Part shown: positions 63,357-64,000 of the stretch, one piece after another
How positions within the stretch are numbered: position 1 is the stretch's first letter
Layout of the letters: each line of letters begins with the position of its first letter
Assembly (NCBI RefSeq): GCF_006345805.1
Contig: NC_043011.1
Location: 33,864,464 to 33,928,463, forward strand
DNA length: 64,000 nucleotides
DNA from: Octopus sinensis
Lineage: Eukaryota
Direction of reading: 5' to 3'
Notes under the pieces: generated by a model
Database searches by the model: none
What the model was told of the DNA's origin: nothing
What the model saw: the letters and a program-made list of their open reading frames with translations, nothing else
Position numbers and translations under genes: made by a program

Positions 63357-63485
63357 CATGGTCTGCAGCTGAGGGCTAGGAGACATCCCTTGATGGTGAT
63401 CAGGAGTTGATCGTGCACTAGAGGAGCCAAGCAGTTTCACATAATTTGCAGGAAACCAACCCATCTTTCTTTTTTGACCGCGGGC
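63357..63485 (-). CDS. ITSN1: Intersectin exon: C-terminal part of SH3D plus linker
   Basis: Acceptor ttcttttttttacag-type pyrimidine tract, donor gtatgc, 129 nt, phase 0-0. Translates ARGQKRKMGWFPANYVKLLGSSSARSTPDHHQGMSPSPQLQTM, matching vertebrate ITSN1 SH3D ARGKKRQIGWFPANYVKLL (recalled). The symbol denotes the intersectin family; invertebrates usually have one gene. Confidence 0.93.
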
Positions 63486-63789
63486 CTGTAAAAAAAGAAC
63501 AAAAAAGCAGAAAGGAATTTATTAAAAGCATTTAGCAATGAAAATGTTGGTAAATATACACATTAAGTCTACCCTTCCTATTTCCATACTTTCTTCCAGA
63601 ATATCTTTCACTGGTGGCCATTATTATTGCCCCTGTACCCCTTCAGCCACCCACCGAAGAAGCGTCTACACTTTTGCTTGACCTGTTAAAAGTAGCAGCC
63701 CAACCTCCTCAAATCACATCTCACCATCTTACAAAAAAAGGGAAGACAGACACAGGTGAATGTTGATAAATCCTTTGACTCCATGAGGA

Positions 63790-64000
63790 ATAGAGTGCAA
63801 CAAAAAGAGAACTCAATCTCAATCTCTGACAATCCATTGCAGTTGTCCCTCACTGTCACCATCTGTTAGTGCTTCAGTTTCAATGGACCTTCTCCATATT
63901 ACTTTTGGTCTGTCATGCTTCCACCTCCCTTGAGGTGTCCATTAGAGAGCTTATCTTGTAATGTTGGAAGTAAAAGTTCCCATTGGGTGCCCTGCCAAAC
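63790..64000 (-). mobile_element. Degenerate RTE-type LINE 3' fragment
   Basis: TSNITR*AL*WTPQGRWKHDRPKVIWRRSIE resembles NITRQALxWNPQGKRKRGRPKNTWRR. Confidence 0.65.

Overview
AT-rich, microsatellite-dense eukaryotic DNA. The repeat landscape suggests an octopod cephalopod (inference). The window holds the 3' part of an intersectin (ITSN) gene on the minus strand. Three phase-compatible exons are well supported: 63485-63357 (end of SH3D), 60742-60667 (linker) and 55119-54946 (SH3E). The SH3E exon ends with a lone T. Candidates downstream are a 12-nt microexon (51217-51206), a weaker 18-nt microexon, and three alternative last exons (from 51124, 32296 and 10918). Two of these last exons complete a split stop codon (T|AA, T|GA) unless a microexon is included. 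The 10918 exon aligns with the start of the vertebrate ITSN long-form DH extension and then stops. I found no DH, PH or C2 exons. The rest of the window is repeats: several tRNA-headed SINE families, RTE, CR1-like and R4/Dong-like LINE fragments, TTAA- and TA-flanked MITEs, two non-autonomous Helitrons and a histone H2B 5' fragment. There are also about ten short elements, many of them foldbacks or palindromes, carrying minimal type I hammerhead ribozyme motifs with palindromic stem III, as described for Penelope-like elements. The best motifs are at 44041-44086 (+) and 40015-40060 (-). Almost all ORFs in the supplied track are microsatellite or SINE artefacts. Repeat boundaries are approximate and were read by eye.
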